DNA of 63,625 nucleotides, filler included, from Dugesia japonica (Eukaryota): NCBI GenBank assembly GCA_001938525.1. It is 5 parts of 5 records of this genome, joined end to end, with 100 filler letters (N's around TTAATTAATTAA, not from the genome) between each part and the next. Parts side by side here need not be neighbours in the genome. Positions count along the whole stretch, not along the records: positions 24,894 to 41,016 come from MQRL01575540.1; positions 41,117 to 54,901 come from MQRL01614574.1; 3 more parts are not named here. One strand, 5' to 3'. Shown piece by piece: positions 40,520 to 53,752 of this stretch (position 1 is its first letter; each line of letters starts with the position of its first letter). The notes under the pieces were generated by a model. It saw only the letters and a program-made list of their open reading frames with translations, ran no database searches and was not told where the DNA came from. The position numbers and the translations under genes were made by a program.

Positions 40520-41010
40520 TTTGAAATCTCTTATCACGACACAAATCCGAAATATTTGCTCTGATATTTGATGTTGCCACTCGTAATTCGTTTGACAAGT
40601 TATCATCAGTCAGTCTACATATGTTATTGCTCTTATAAAAGAATCGTTTGCAAATATAAGTGCTAGCAAATAGTAATACCGTTTTTAGAGCATTAAATCG
40701 ACTTTTCGGAAATGCTTCCTTAGAAATTTAGAGTTTTCTAGAATTGAATCAATGAAACTTCGTGGTACTTTCTTAACAGATTGACGCTACACTGTAATTC
40801 AATGATCTCCATTTGTATTGATTCTGGTGATTTTGCAACATTAACAATAAATGGGTCAGAAAATAATTTGAAATCATTTTGTTATTCTTCAAAATCTACA
40901 AACCTTGAAGAAAACTGTGCTTTCAGTGTAATTATGTGTTTATTAAATATCTTGATATTTTATCCAAATTCGCTTCAATTTTGCAAACAGTACGGTTTTG
41001 AAAATACACT
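40520..41010 (-). pseudogene. hAT (Buster/SPIN, GTF2IRD2-like) transposase C-terminus
   Basis: LLFASTYICKRFF...RLTDDNLSNELRVATSNI. Confidence 0.75.
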
Positions 41011-41016
41011 GTAATG

Positions 41017-41116
41017 NNNNNNNNNNNNNNNNNNNNNNNNNNNNNNNNNNNNNNNNNNNNTTAATTAATTAANNNNNNNNNNNNNNNNNNNNNNNNNNNN
41101 NNNNNNNNNNNNNNNN
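41017..41116. other. Artificial scaffold spacer
   Basis: 44N-TTAATTAATTAA-44N. Confidence 0.95.
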
Positions 41117-41202
41117 TTATATTATATTATATTATATTATATATATTATATTATATTATATTATATTATATTATATTATATTATATTATACTATATTATA
41201 TA
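41117..41202. repeat. (TATAT)n pentanucleotide microsatellite
   Basis: Direct reading. Confidence 0.9.
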
Positions 41203-44200
41203 AATGAATTATGAATTATATGAAGTGGTTTTTAATTTTATACCGGTTTCCTAATTTAAAATACTTTATCTTAACAAATTTTATTGTTTTTGTTAGACGT
41301 TTTATATTGTTTAGTATTTGCCATTAAAAATTTATACTTGACTTATTAATGATTTTGTTGTCAATTAATACTATTACGCTATTAAAACTTTTGAAAATAT
41401 TTTTTAATATTGAATCACATATTTACTTAATAGTACCCCGATATAAAAAGTAAAAATGCCATCATTTCTGTTACAAATATTTTGCAAGTAATTGATTTTT
41501 TATGCAAGAAAAAATTCAAAAAAATAACTTTATAAAATATGCTTTGAAACATTTTTTGTTGGAAGCTTGCCAAGTACCATGAATTGAAAACTCATGTATT
41601 AAATAATTCTTTCATATTTTAAATTAAATTGCATTCTCCATTGTTGAAAGTAAATTAAGGCAAATATAAAATAAAAAATTTTGATGAGATAAAAAGAGCT
41701 AGTTAAACATACTTTCATCCAGAAAAAAATGATAATTTGTTATCATTAAATAGAAACGACTTATTGTAATTGATTATCAAAGAGAAAATTGAAATTTATT
41801 TTAGCCAAACCTTTAGGAACCATAACTTCTAACCACTTTTTCATATATTTTGAATGATTCGATCATATACAATCACAACTGTATTGTTTATCGATTTCCC
41901 CGAAACAGTTTCGTCGGCTAATCTCAATTGTAATAAATACTGTAAACAATAAGAACAATCAGACGCCATCAGACCATCTTTTATGAATGTTGTAATAATT
42001 AATCATAATATATTATGTTATTAATATTTGTTTTCTTTAACATTCTTTTTATCCATATATGACGTCTTTTCAAAATATTGTATTCATGGTAAGTACCTAA
42101 TTCATCTAATTCTTAAGATAAAAAACATTAAATTGCAATTTCACGTGTTTGAATTCTGCCTAGCTAATTCATATTATGCCATAAACCCGCATAATAAAAT
42201 TTTAAAACCTTCTATTTTTTAGAAAATTCTAAGAGATTGTAAATGTGAACTCGTAAGTTCAATGCTCAGTGTTGTAAAAAATAAAAGAAAATAAAGAACT
42301 TGGGCTATTTGATATAAAAACTTCTTATAATAGCCTAGATAAGATTGAAAATAAGCATTCAGCCAATATGTCAAAATACAAAACATTGAAAAATTGCCCT
42401 AAATACCCTTGTAGTTTGATGAATTGGTTTTTGGAGAAAAGAAAATGATGGAAACCTATGAATATTTTAAATATCAAAGGTAATATTTGCAAACTGAAAA
42501 CTGGTATGATAATCTCTAATATCAAATAAAATAACCTTGTATAGACTTTCAACAATATATTAAACCTTCTGAACCTGTCAAAAGTAACAATATATTGATG
42601 GAAAAGAAACTCAATGGGAAATATCATCACTTTTGACGGCTTGATAAGGATACAATTGGATATCTTGAAGAATAAACCAAAAGAAATTAAGCCAACAAAT
42701 TATACCCATAAAATAGAAGTAGATGAACAATAGGCAACGAGGCGGATCCTGAGACGCTATAGTCGCAGGTAGGTGAGTATTAAATACATCTTTGTATATT
42801 AATACTTATTTTGTCAAACATTATTTTCCATCGACACTTAGAGCCCTTTCAAATTATTCGTTCATAGTAAGTACCTCATTCGTCTAACTCTTGTTTTCAC
42901 ATGGGATTAACTACATATAACTTTAATTTCAAGAATAAATTTTAAACAATTAAAAACTGCAAGAACTGGAAAAGAGTAAATGAATAAAAACATCAATTAA
43001 ATTTTATACATAAAAATGATTATTGATTTTGTTACAATTTTCTGAATTTTGTTTATTTTGTTTTGATTTTAAAAAATTGTTAAACTAATAAAAAAACTTT
43101 TTAACTTTAAATGTTTTTTTTCAAATTACATTACAATCGATTATTATTTAAATTTATCCTATTTTAGAATTTTCATTTCATATTTATGATGACATTTTCG
43201 TCTGTGCTATAAATGATCAAACGAATTTTGTCTATGTTTTGTGAATGTGAAATTAAAACTCGTTTCCTTTAGATCATTTAAATGCAGAAAAAGTAAAATT
43301 GTTTAAACTTTCACCGGATAATTAGAAAAATATTCATAAATAAAATTGATTTTGAAAAATAAAATTTCAATTAATAATCCACCCCCCCAAAAAAAAATAA
43401 ATAGATAAAATTCCGAAATAAAGCCACAGCCAATCAATTTGGAATATACAAATAAAATAGAAATACTTCCAAGTAAATTGTCTACTAATAAAAAACCAAG
43501 TTGTGATATTTCTGATTTACTTGATTATCTCGCCGATTTTAATATAAACACATTATGTAAAAGTAATTTTTGAATGGGAGGTTTTTTTATTTTATTCAAT
43601 AATTTTCAATTTGTTAAATAAACCTTATTAAGAGTTTTCCAGTTACAAGAATTAATATGAGATTAATTTTTGGACTTTACTTTTGATATCATTTGATATT
43701 TTTTACCCATTTTACGTCCAAAATTAAACTACGAGTAAAAATAATGTTTAATTACTATTTATTTAAACAAAATTACAACGCAAAATGATTTATGGAAAGA
43801 AATTCAAATAATAAATAAATAAAATAAAATATAATCTAGCATGCAGTAAATGAAAAATATCATCACAATAATAATATTTTATGTTTTAAAACAGTTTATA
43901 TACAAGCAATAATCAAAAAGAAATTTATTTATATAATTATTTCTACGAAAGCAATATAAACATCTTATCTAAATAATCTTGCTCACTATTCTCAATACAA
44001 AGCATAAACCATGACAATTATTTATGCACTACTGGCAAATTACATTTTTCATAGATAATTAGTATCGTCTAGTGCTGAAATAATGAATTGGTTTCATAGT
44101 AATCATAAGAAGGCACGTAAAATTGCATTTTGATCAGGAGTACAGCAAGCGTTATTAAGTTTGATCAAAATGTAGTTTTTTTAAATATCTTTAGTTGTTA

Positions 44201-44469
44201 TTAGTATTTTGAATTTTCTACTTTTGTCATCTATTTTAATTTCTGAAGAGGACAAACGTCCAAAATTTGAAATACTAACAACAACAACAAATAATAATAA
44301 TAATAATAATGATAATAATAATAACAACTATTTTACAACTGCAATTATTGCGAGAATAATTGTTGGACGTAACCATTGATCATTTTTCAGAATTCATTTA
44401 AAATAAAAGCTTCAATCAAAATTTGTATTTTGGGTTTTTGATAACAATTCTATATGTTGACTATGTCTT

Positions 44470-44510
<41 letters not shown>

Positions 44511-44678
44511 ATTTACAAAACAAACGAAAATATCATCATAAATATGAAATTGACTATTCGACTAAAGAATAAAATATTTATAAAATTGTATTTTATCCTT
44601 ATTATTGTTATAATTATTATCATCATCCGTAGTTCCTTATTAAATGATCATATATAAATATTAAACATATATTAATAC

Positions 44679-45797
44679 TTGGTATACAATTGAATCCAAT
44701 ATCAAACGAATTTTCGGTAATTGAAATTTACTAGCTGATATAGAACAAGTAAATGAATCAGCATATGTGAAACANGATATTGACAAAGAAACTTCACATA
44801 AAACAGGAAACCAATATATAATGCTATGGACAGTCTTGCCACCAATGCATAAGCCACAATCGGGTCCTTGAAGAGAAGAAACAGAAAGACTATTTTTATT
44901 GTAATAAGTACTCATAACATGTTGACTGACGTTCTTTGGAAATAATTGCCACAAAATTCTAGAAAGGCCACTCAAAATAATACTATCTGCACTATTTTTT
45001 AATTCTTCCATACGTTGTTTAACTTCCCAAAGCCGAGGAATCATTCCTTCAGTATTTGTGGGCAAGCCAAAATCAACCAAAGAATAATTATTGCCAATAT
45101 GTGGCATTGTATCAGTCATGCTGCTCATATTACTGGTTTTACTAGCTATTGAAGAACTATTTCTACCGGAACTCGGATTATGTCTTTCTTTTGTTAAATC
45201 CGTGGGTAATAAACATAAGATATCATAAGGATGAGATACATTACTAATTTGTTGTTGATATGTTCTTAAAGCCCCTGATACAGCTGCCAAGAAAAGTTCT
45301 GTAAATGTAGATCGAGTAACACCCTTTATTCGCGAAATAATGGACATGGGATATGAGCAAAAATGAAATATTCGGTCACTCTCAGAATATTTGTCAATAC
45401 TTTCATTTGGAGTTTTATCCATAGGTTTAGAATAATCTTTCATCATATTTATATCTTTATTTGAACCACTGTCTAGTGACAGTCTTTCTGATGAATTATT
45501 TAAATAATGTTTTCCACAAAAGACTTTCTTATTGCATTGATGAAAAATATTAAAGTCTTTACGAGTTAAAAACCATTTTTGAATAAATACAACGGGTCCC
45601 ACAAATAGAGCTCTGATAGCATTCAGGAGTTTTCCCGACGAATAAAATCGATCTTTTAACTCTACTGGGCACTGTTCATCACTTAATGAGGCACAAAGAA
45701 TATGGACTAATGAAACACCATCTGATAGGCTAGGATGAATTCGAAAAATGAGAAGACTTTTATTGGAATTGTTTTCTGAATTGAGCTTTTCTTTAGA
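44679..45797 (-). CDS. WS/DGAT-like O-acyltransferase-fold protein, large internal exon
   Basis: Open from a CAG acceptor at 45798-45800. Motifs LLIFRIHPSLSDGVSL, LFLAAVSGALRTY, GNNYSLV..LP, LQGP...IGG, FTYAD fit the condensation fold plus WS_DGAT_C. Candidate donor at 44678, or stop at 44661. Confidence 0.85.
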
Positions 45798-46559
45798 CTG
45801 AATAAATTTTTACATGAATATCAAAAGTTTAAATATTAAAATATTCATTAATTTTATAATATTGTTCAAAGATTACATATATTTATTGAATAATAATAGA
45901 CTTATCTTTCAATAATTGTATTATAGTGCTCGATAATAAGAATATTATTATTCAATATTTAAATAATATTGTTCAATATTTATATAATATTATTCAATAT
46001 TAATATTATATAAGTTCATAATTACATTAAATTATTCAATAACTTTATAATACTACGCAATAATTATTTTATTAGGGCAATTTTTGTCAGTAAAGTCAAT
46101 TGCATCTAAAATCACTCAAAACTTGTTAATAATATGTAAAAACGTATTTGACTAGAAAAAGTATTTTATTTTAATATTTATCTAGTTAAAATCGTCACAA
46201 TTTTTATCAAAAAGTCAAAATTGTCAAAAATATTTTTGATCAGTTAAAAAAATTATGAGATTAATCTACACTATAGAAAATCAACACTTTTTAATTAAAT
46301 TCACTCAATTGTTTTGAATATATACTCTCATTAATTATCATTGGTAATTCTTAGATAGTGAAATGATACCAAAAACCATTTTTAAAATAATATAAAAGTT
46401 CGTTTTTTATTTTATAATAAAGCATGCATTTTTCGATATCAATTCTTTTGATAATTTATGGGTAGTCTTTAATTCTCTATCGATTGGTATCAAAATATTA
46501 TCAAACATATTAACATTTTGCGCCTGTACATAGTTTTTAAATTTAATATTTAATGTCCT

Positions 46560-47390
46560 TACTAACCAATACGTGAGATTGAAATTCTGAGATAGCAGTA
46601 ATGTCCGTCATTTGATTATGAGTTCAACNNNNNNNNNNNNNNNNNNNNNNNNNNNNNNNNNNNNNNNNNNNNNNNNNNNNNNNNNNNNNNNATTGCACCA
46701 CTGATAATTAAGTCTCATTACAATGATGTTGACTGCTTGATTGCCATCTTAAAAGCTTCTCTAACAAAGAGAAAACAAGACACAAATGGTTTAAAGATAT
46801 TGGAATGTCTCCCCAACCTATTGTCACCAGATGGAAAAGTAGGTGAATGCTACAAAGCACTATTCTGAGCACTTTGTTATGATTAAAGCAATTTTCGATA
46901 ACTATAAAGATAATTTTTAAAAGAAAGTGTTTCATATCCAACAGTAGCCAAGAGTTTGCGTCAAAATTATAATGTTTTGGATGAAATTATTATTCCGGCT
47001 GAGAGTACAGATTGCACAATTGAGTCTGTCTTGAAAGAACTTTCTTAATTGTAATTTATTAAAAATCCATGTCATATCAAAGAGTACATAGGAGTAAGAT
47101 TCCTGAAAAATGGTATAATGAGTCAAAACCTTTCATTATTAAATCTAAATATTTGTCAAAGCAGTCAAATCTTNCTTTAAATTATGGTTAAAAAAAGATT
47201 GCTCAAATCATGAGAATAAGAGACATAAAAAGGAATCAATTTCACCAATGGAGTTTTTTTTTAATGGAATATCAGCCTACTTCAGTTTGTATCGAAAGAA
47301 GTTTCCATATGTTGAATAAACCTTTAGCAAAAGACCAAAACGTGGCCTCTGAAAACATAAAAAATTATATTGTTCAATAAAATGTGAAGT
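46560..47390 (+). pseudogene. hAT transposase relic
   Basis: PQPIVTRW and QPTSVCIERSF dimerisation-domain motifs; frameshifted. Confidence 0.75.
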
Positions 47391-48810
47391 CTTGCAGTAG
47401 TTTTCATTTAGAAACCTCAATTTTCTTAATTCTTAAGACTACTAAGCAGTGATAATCGTTTAAAAAAAGAAACATAAAGTCAAAATGTTTCATTATTAAG
47501 TCAAAATATTGGTCAAAAAAGTAAAATCTATCTTTTTAAAAAGGTTAAAAAAGATTTCCCTAGATCTTAGTAGATAGATACTGGTAGTAAAGAACAACAA
47601 ATATTCGGTAACCCCCTTAGGATTAGTGATGTAATGAAACATAATCCTAATGCATTTAGTAGGGAATTTAAAAGCTACATCATAAATTTCCTCATTTGGC
47701 AATTATTACCTTACTGTTTTTAAATTTCGCTGTGTATTTAGTTGGGAAAATATTTTGCACACAAATTATGTCATGAGATTAATTTCATTGGTGAAATTCT
47801 ATATAATGGGATTAACTGGTTTTCATATTTCTCTGTATATTTAGTTGGGAAAATTCTTTAGGCTTGTTAAGCTATAGTATTTTTTAGGCTTTTTATTCGA
47901 TGATGTCAAATAAGATCAATCTTTGATTGGTTTTAGATGGTTTTTGTCCAAAGTTTCCTCGGTGAGGTCGAATAAAGTTGAACTTTAGTTAGCTCAGGTG
48001 AATTTGGTCCAATATTTCCTCGGGATTTCTCTGTTTTTGGTGAATTGGTCGAATTTTCCTCGGGATTGGAAATTTTTGGGTGATTTGGTTGAATACTTTT
48101 TCAGAATTTGTCATTTTGGGTAATTTTTGGACGACTTGGCCAAGCGTGTAAAGATTAACGGAATAAAAATAAAAGGATTTAAATTAGAAATTTTGATAAA
48201 TACAATTATTAAATGAATATGTAATTGATCGCAATAGATGTGAAGAAAATCATTAAATAAAATTAACATAAACAGTTTGCTTCAATCCATTAAAATGTTG
48301 AATATCTGAAATTTAATAAAGAAAACACTTTAATAAAAATCCAGAAAATTCAGAAATTTTAAATAATTTTCTCACAATATATAAAAACGATTAATCGGAA
48401 AATAAATCAACATTAACTATAAATTTGTGAACAATAAAAAAATATTTATTAGAAATATGTCGTCAAATTTTAGTCATTCATATTAATTTAATTATCTCAA
48501 ACATTTAAACATCATTTTTTCAATTTATGTTCACGGTTTTTGAATTCACATCGACACTTGAATATAAAATAGACTTTATTTTGAATTATAAAAAGACATT
48601 ATCTTATATAAAGTTTAATGTTTGTTTGTATGTTTGTTTAATTTTTGAAATTCAATTGGACGTGGATAAAACGAATGTCCAATCAAAGATAAGAAATGAC
48701 GAATCAAGATAAAACTATAATATAACAGTCTTATAATTAATATTTTTTGAAAGAAGATTTATTTTTTAATTCATATCAAATGTGTATTATTTAAAAGAAT
48801 ATGTTTAAGA

Positions 48811-49068
48811 GTGATTTTAAGAGAATTTTTAAAATCTTTCTTACCATTTCCATTTTCTTCATCAATATTAAAACAAGATAAAATTCATGGAAAATTAGAC
48901 AGAAAAGAAATTACAGAAAAAATTTATTATTGGGATGATGTAATAATTAAAAGCAAACAAATTGGTTATTGTTATTTAGGGAAATTACTATTAATACTAA
49001 AAACAAAATTTAAAAAAGTTCAGAATTTAAAAAATATTTATTTGAAAGAAAAATTTATTATTCAGTAA
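48811..49068 (+). pseudogene. Polinton/adintovirus-associated small protein (YYWDD motif)
   Basis: EKIYYWDD resembles a recalled YxYWDD motif of Polinton small proteins; lies directly upstream of the ATPase. Confidence 0.45.
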
Positions 49069-49197
49069 GACACATAAATAAATTAATACAATTTAGTAAG
49101 TTAGTAGATAAGTTTCCAAAAATATTAACTACTAAATTTTCATTTCGAAAGATCACATGAAATTTTAAAGTGATTAATGAAATTGTTGATAAAGAAA

Positions 49198-49950
49198 ATG
49201 GCAGCGTTTGTATGGAATAAAAATATTACACATTTTAATAATAAAGTATTTCCTAATAATTTTAGACTTTTAATGATAGGATCTTCANNNNNNNNNNNNN
49301 NNNNNNNNNNNNNNNNNNNNNNNNNAACTCCAGGATTTTTAGATTACAATGTTTTAATAATTTATTCCACAACAATTAATCAATTTGAAATTCAATTACT
49401 TTTCATTGGTTTTGAATATGGATTATCTAAAGAAGAAACTATTTTAATATTTGAAAAACAAAATATAGTTCCAAATAGTTGTGTTACTCCTCATCAAGTT
49501 GTTCAATATTTTCTTGAGAAAAAATTAGTTACTAAAAAACAAGATCTGTTATTATAACATTATCAAATAAACCTAATGAAATAATTTCTTGTGATAAACT
49601 TTCAGAGGAAAAGAAAAATCTAACAATATTCGATGATGTAGTTAATGAGAAAAATCAACAAGTTCAAAAAAGTTATTTCACAAGAGCTAGACATTCAAAT
49701 TGTAATGTGATTTACATTTCCCAAACATATTATCATTTAGATAAAAACTCTATCAGGAATAATTCGAATTGTTACATTTTCTTTAAATTAAATAAAACTG
49801 ATAGATATAATGTTTTATCATGAATTATTTTCAAATATTTTTAAAAACAAGTTAGATTATGATTATGAGGTAAATCTTCATTGGAAAACTAAATATAATT
49901 ATTTTTACTTGAATAAGGAAACTAATGAAATGTTAGATGACCTTTTCTAA
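49198..49950 (+). pseudogene. A32/FtsK-like DNA packaging ATPase
   Basis: FRLLMIGSS (rest of Walker A lies in the N gap), LTIFDD (Walker B), YFTRARHSNCNVIYISQTY...SIRNN; frameshifted. Confidence 0.92.
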
Positions 49951-50551
49951 GAGATTCCAAGTTTCGATTTCATTTCATTAATAATTTTAGTTTGATTTTC
50001 TACCAACATTTTTAAACTTTCTTTATTTTTCTGAGTCTTTTCTTTTTTTGTTCCCATTATTAGTTCGTGAACTTCATTTACCATATTTTTACTAATAGCA
50101 ATTTCATCATCAGTTAAAATTTCATCATTAACAGCTTTCTGTTGAAATAGAAATAACTTATTTTTAAGTTTCTTTATTTAAGTTTCTTTATTAACTTTTC
50201 ATATCTTTCTTTTCTTGAACTTATTAATGAAGAGTTTATTGTTCCAATTACAGGTAACACGGAAATTGCGCCAGTAATTATTGGTATACCAATTACTGCA
50301 AGGGGCACCCCAACTGGTGTAATTAATATAATTCCTCCAATTCCAATTCCAACACCAACAATTATTTGTGTATAATTTATACCTGAATCTAATCTTTCCC
50401 ATCTTTTGTGTATTTTTTTATAATGTTTAATTTTATCCTTTACATAGTAAAGGTCATTTTCAAAATCTCTAATTCTAGACATCGCAAGTTTATTTTTTAA
50501 ATCTAAAATTGTATAGCCTTCATGTAAACTAGGATATATTTTGTCTTCCAT
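49947..50551 (-). pseudogene. GasderminX-like membrane-active protein of adintoviruses
   Basis: IYPSL N-terminus, basic helix, long G-rich hydrophobic hairpin, then KAVNDEILTDDEI beyond the stop. Confidence 0.65.
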
Positions 50552-50554
50552 TTT

Positions 50555-53275
50555 TTATGTAATAAATTTAACAGCTACTGATTTTAAATAAATTTTTTCT
50601 GGTAAAATTATTACAATATAATTTATTATTTTATCTTTATTACTTTCAGTGCTTTCACGATAAATTTTTATATTATTATTTTCAGGTTTTAAATATTGAT
50701 ATGATATTGCTTTAGTATTAATTCTAATGGTGTATGTAAATNTTTCAATTACACAATAACCTTCTACATTTATACTAATTTTTCTATTAATGTTTGTATT
50801 TAAAAAAATAGAAAAAGGTTCTTTAAGATAGAAATCTTTTTCAACCATTTCACCTTTTCATAAAAAATATATATTATTAACATATTGATCCATAACAGTA
50901 AAATGTGGAAGATCACTTTCATTATAGAAAATTTAAAATATTGCATTATTAGGCATATTAACATAAGGTAAGTAATTATCAATTAATCCTTGTGCACCTT
51001 TTGGATTTTTAGTTTTATATAAATCATTAATTCTNNNNNNNNNTTTTTTGTGAAGTTTTGATTTTATTCTATCAAAATCTTTATTAACAAAATCTATACT
51101 TAAACTATTTAAATTAATTTCGTGTAGAAAAATTTTTGCAATGTGGTTAATAATGGTTTCAGTGCTTTCATGAAAAATTTTAAAATTATTATCTTTAGGT
51201 GTTATATGANNNNNNNNNNNNNNNNNNNNNNNNNNNNNNNNNNNNNNNNNNNNNNNNNNNNNNNNNNNNNNNNNNNNNNNNNNNNNNNNNNNNNNNNNNN
51301 NNNNNNNNNNNNNNNNNNNNNNNNNNNNNNNNNNNNNNNNNNNNNNNNNNNNNNNNNNNNNNNNNNNNNNNNNNNNNNNNNNNNNNNNNNNNNNNNNNNN
51401 NNNNNNNNNNGTGTATTACTATAAGGTATGTAATTATCAATTATTTCTTTTATTTCTTTAAATGAATTAGTTTTAAATAATAAACTAATTTTATCAATAT
51501 GCATTTTATGAAGTTTTGGTTTTATTTCTTCAAAAATTTTAAAACTATGCAATTTAATAATTACACTCTTTAATTTAATTTCTTTTGGTAAAATTATTTC
51601 AATGTAATTTATATTTGTATCTTTATTAATTTCAATGCTTTCACGATAAATTAATATTTGGTTATTGTCAGGTGTAATATATTCCATTACTATTGGAATA
51701 TTATTAATTTTAATGGTGTAAAGAAAGTTTACAAAATCACAATTACCCTCAATATATATACAAAGATTTTCATTAATGTTTGTATGTAAAATAATAGATT
51801 CTATAATTTTTCCTTTACATTTAAAATCAAAATTGGTAACATGTTTATCACTAATATGAAATTGATGGTTGATAAGTGTTAATATTGTAGTATCATCTGG
51901 TAAAAAAAACATAAGGTATGTAATTATCAAACATTTCTCTTAAAGCTTTGAAATTAAAAGTTTTAAATAAANNNNNNNNNNNNNNNNNNNNNNNNNNNNN
52001 NNNNNNNNNNNNNNNNNNNNNAATATGTTTTTTGTGAAATTTTGATTTTATCGTTTCAAACTCTTTAGATAATTGTTCAAGAATTTCTAATCTACATATA
52101 TTAACACTTAATTCCTTTAAATAAATATCTTGTGGTAAAAATATAATAATAGAGTTTATATTTACATCTTTAATAATTTCAGTGCTTTCTTTCGAAATTT
52201 TAATAATATTATCTTTAGATTTTACATATAAAAATGTTACACTAATTTTATTAATTTCAATGTTGTATTTAAATTCTTCATCTTCACAATAACCTGATAT
52301 ATTTATACTAATTTTTTCATTTATTTTTGTTTCTAATGATAAATAAAAATATTGTTCAAGAAAAAAATGTTTTTTTATGACTTTACCTTTTCTTGTAATG
52401 CGAAAACAATTTACATATTTATCCATAAGAGAAAATTGAGGAAGATCACCTTCTTTATAGATAATTGATAATATTTTATAAGTACTAAACATGTAAACAT
52501 AAGGTCAGTAATTATCAATTAAATTTTTTAAAACCCCAAACCATGTATTTGAAAGTGTTTCTTTATAAGTTTTGAAGAAAAAATCAATGTCATCATTTAG
52601 AATTTTATGTTGTCTTAATTTCACTATTTTAATTTCTTCAGTTAATTTTAAAATTGTGGGTCTAAATTTTTCTATATCTAATTTAATTTTATTAATGAGC
52701 AGCATGTGTGAATCAAAAGTTTTCTTATTTAAATCTTCATGTAAATTATTAATTTTAGTATTTAATATTACAATTTCTTCTTTAATTTTAGGTAAATCAT
52801 CAGCAACTAATTTTTTAAAATGAAATATTAAATCACTTCTTTTATATGGAAAAACTTCTAATCTTAATCTTTTGATGTCATAATCTATTTTATCAAATGT
52901 TTCTTGATTAAAGTTCTTTGTTAAATTTTTAATTTTCTCGTTTATACTTTTTACGTCAACACTTAACATTTTTAATTCATCAACCTTAGATTGTAAATAA
53001 AGTTTTTTAGATGTGAAATTATCAATCTTTAATAATTTCTGAAAAATCAATTCATGTTTTTCTATTTTCTCTTCTAACTGTTTAATATATTTTAAATTAA
53101 CAGCATCCTTTAAATCTCTAGGTTCTTCTGTTATTTTTAAAGATGTAATTGTGTCACCTGTTTCATTTACAAATTTNNNNTCATTTTCTGCATTTGAGAT
53201 TCTAATTTTAGCATCAACATGTTTTAATACTTGTGAATTATTTACACCGAATAAACTCTCACCAAACTTATTCAT
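50555..53275 (-). pseudogene. Putative fibre/spike protein, ~900 codons: N-terminal DAVN motif, coiled coil, four tandem domains
   Basis: ORFs 52505-53275 and 51893-52492 are in frame across one TGA. The motif DNY(L/I)PY recurs at 52508, 51920, 51430 and 50972, and the four domains align with each other. Confidence 0.65.
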
Positions 53276-53711
53276 TATCCGTAGGCCAGCTTTGCGATTG
53301 TCCTTTTTCTAATGTTAAATTATCATATAAATTTTTCATTTCAGATATTATTTCATCAAAATCAACTTGAGAGATTTTATATAAAAAATAAATACACAAG
53401 ATACCACAAATTTTACTATCAAAATGTTGCACTTGAATTTTATTATATTTCGTGGTGACTCTATCGAGTCTCTCTAAAGGTTTTAAACCAAAAAAGTCAA
53501 AGTATTGATGATTTGTGTAACATGTCTAATGTGTTCCTTTTTGATTTGTATTTTGATAATTAAAAATATAATTGCCTTCTTTTATTTTTTTAGGTATTTC
53601 ATTTTTCATATAAATTTCTAATGGCATTTTTAAAAAGTCTGCAATTGAATATAAATCAAAATTTGTAGTTGTGTTAATTCCAAATGTTTTCAAGAAATCA
53701 ATCAATGACAT
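53268..53711 (-). pseudogene. Adenain-like (C5) maturation cysteine protease
   Basis: KGTH*(W), YFDFFG, QVQ, ICGILC: H, D, Q and C residues retained; one in-frame TAG at 53526-53528. Confidence 0.9.
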
Positions 53712-53752
53712 TTTCTTAAATCTAAAAAATGAGTCACGCCGTGGCTCTATAA

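Noticed and set aside
52505-53528. Alternative genetic code or programmed readthrough in module 2
   Set aside because: Stops are of mixed type (TGA, TAG, TAA), replace different residues and co-occur with frameshifts, which fits ordinary decay.
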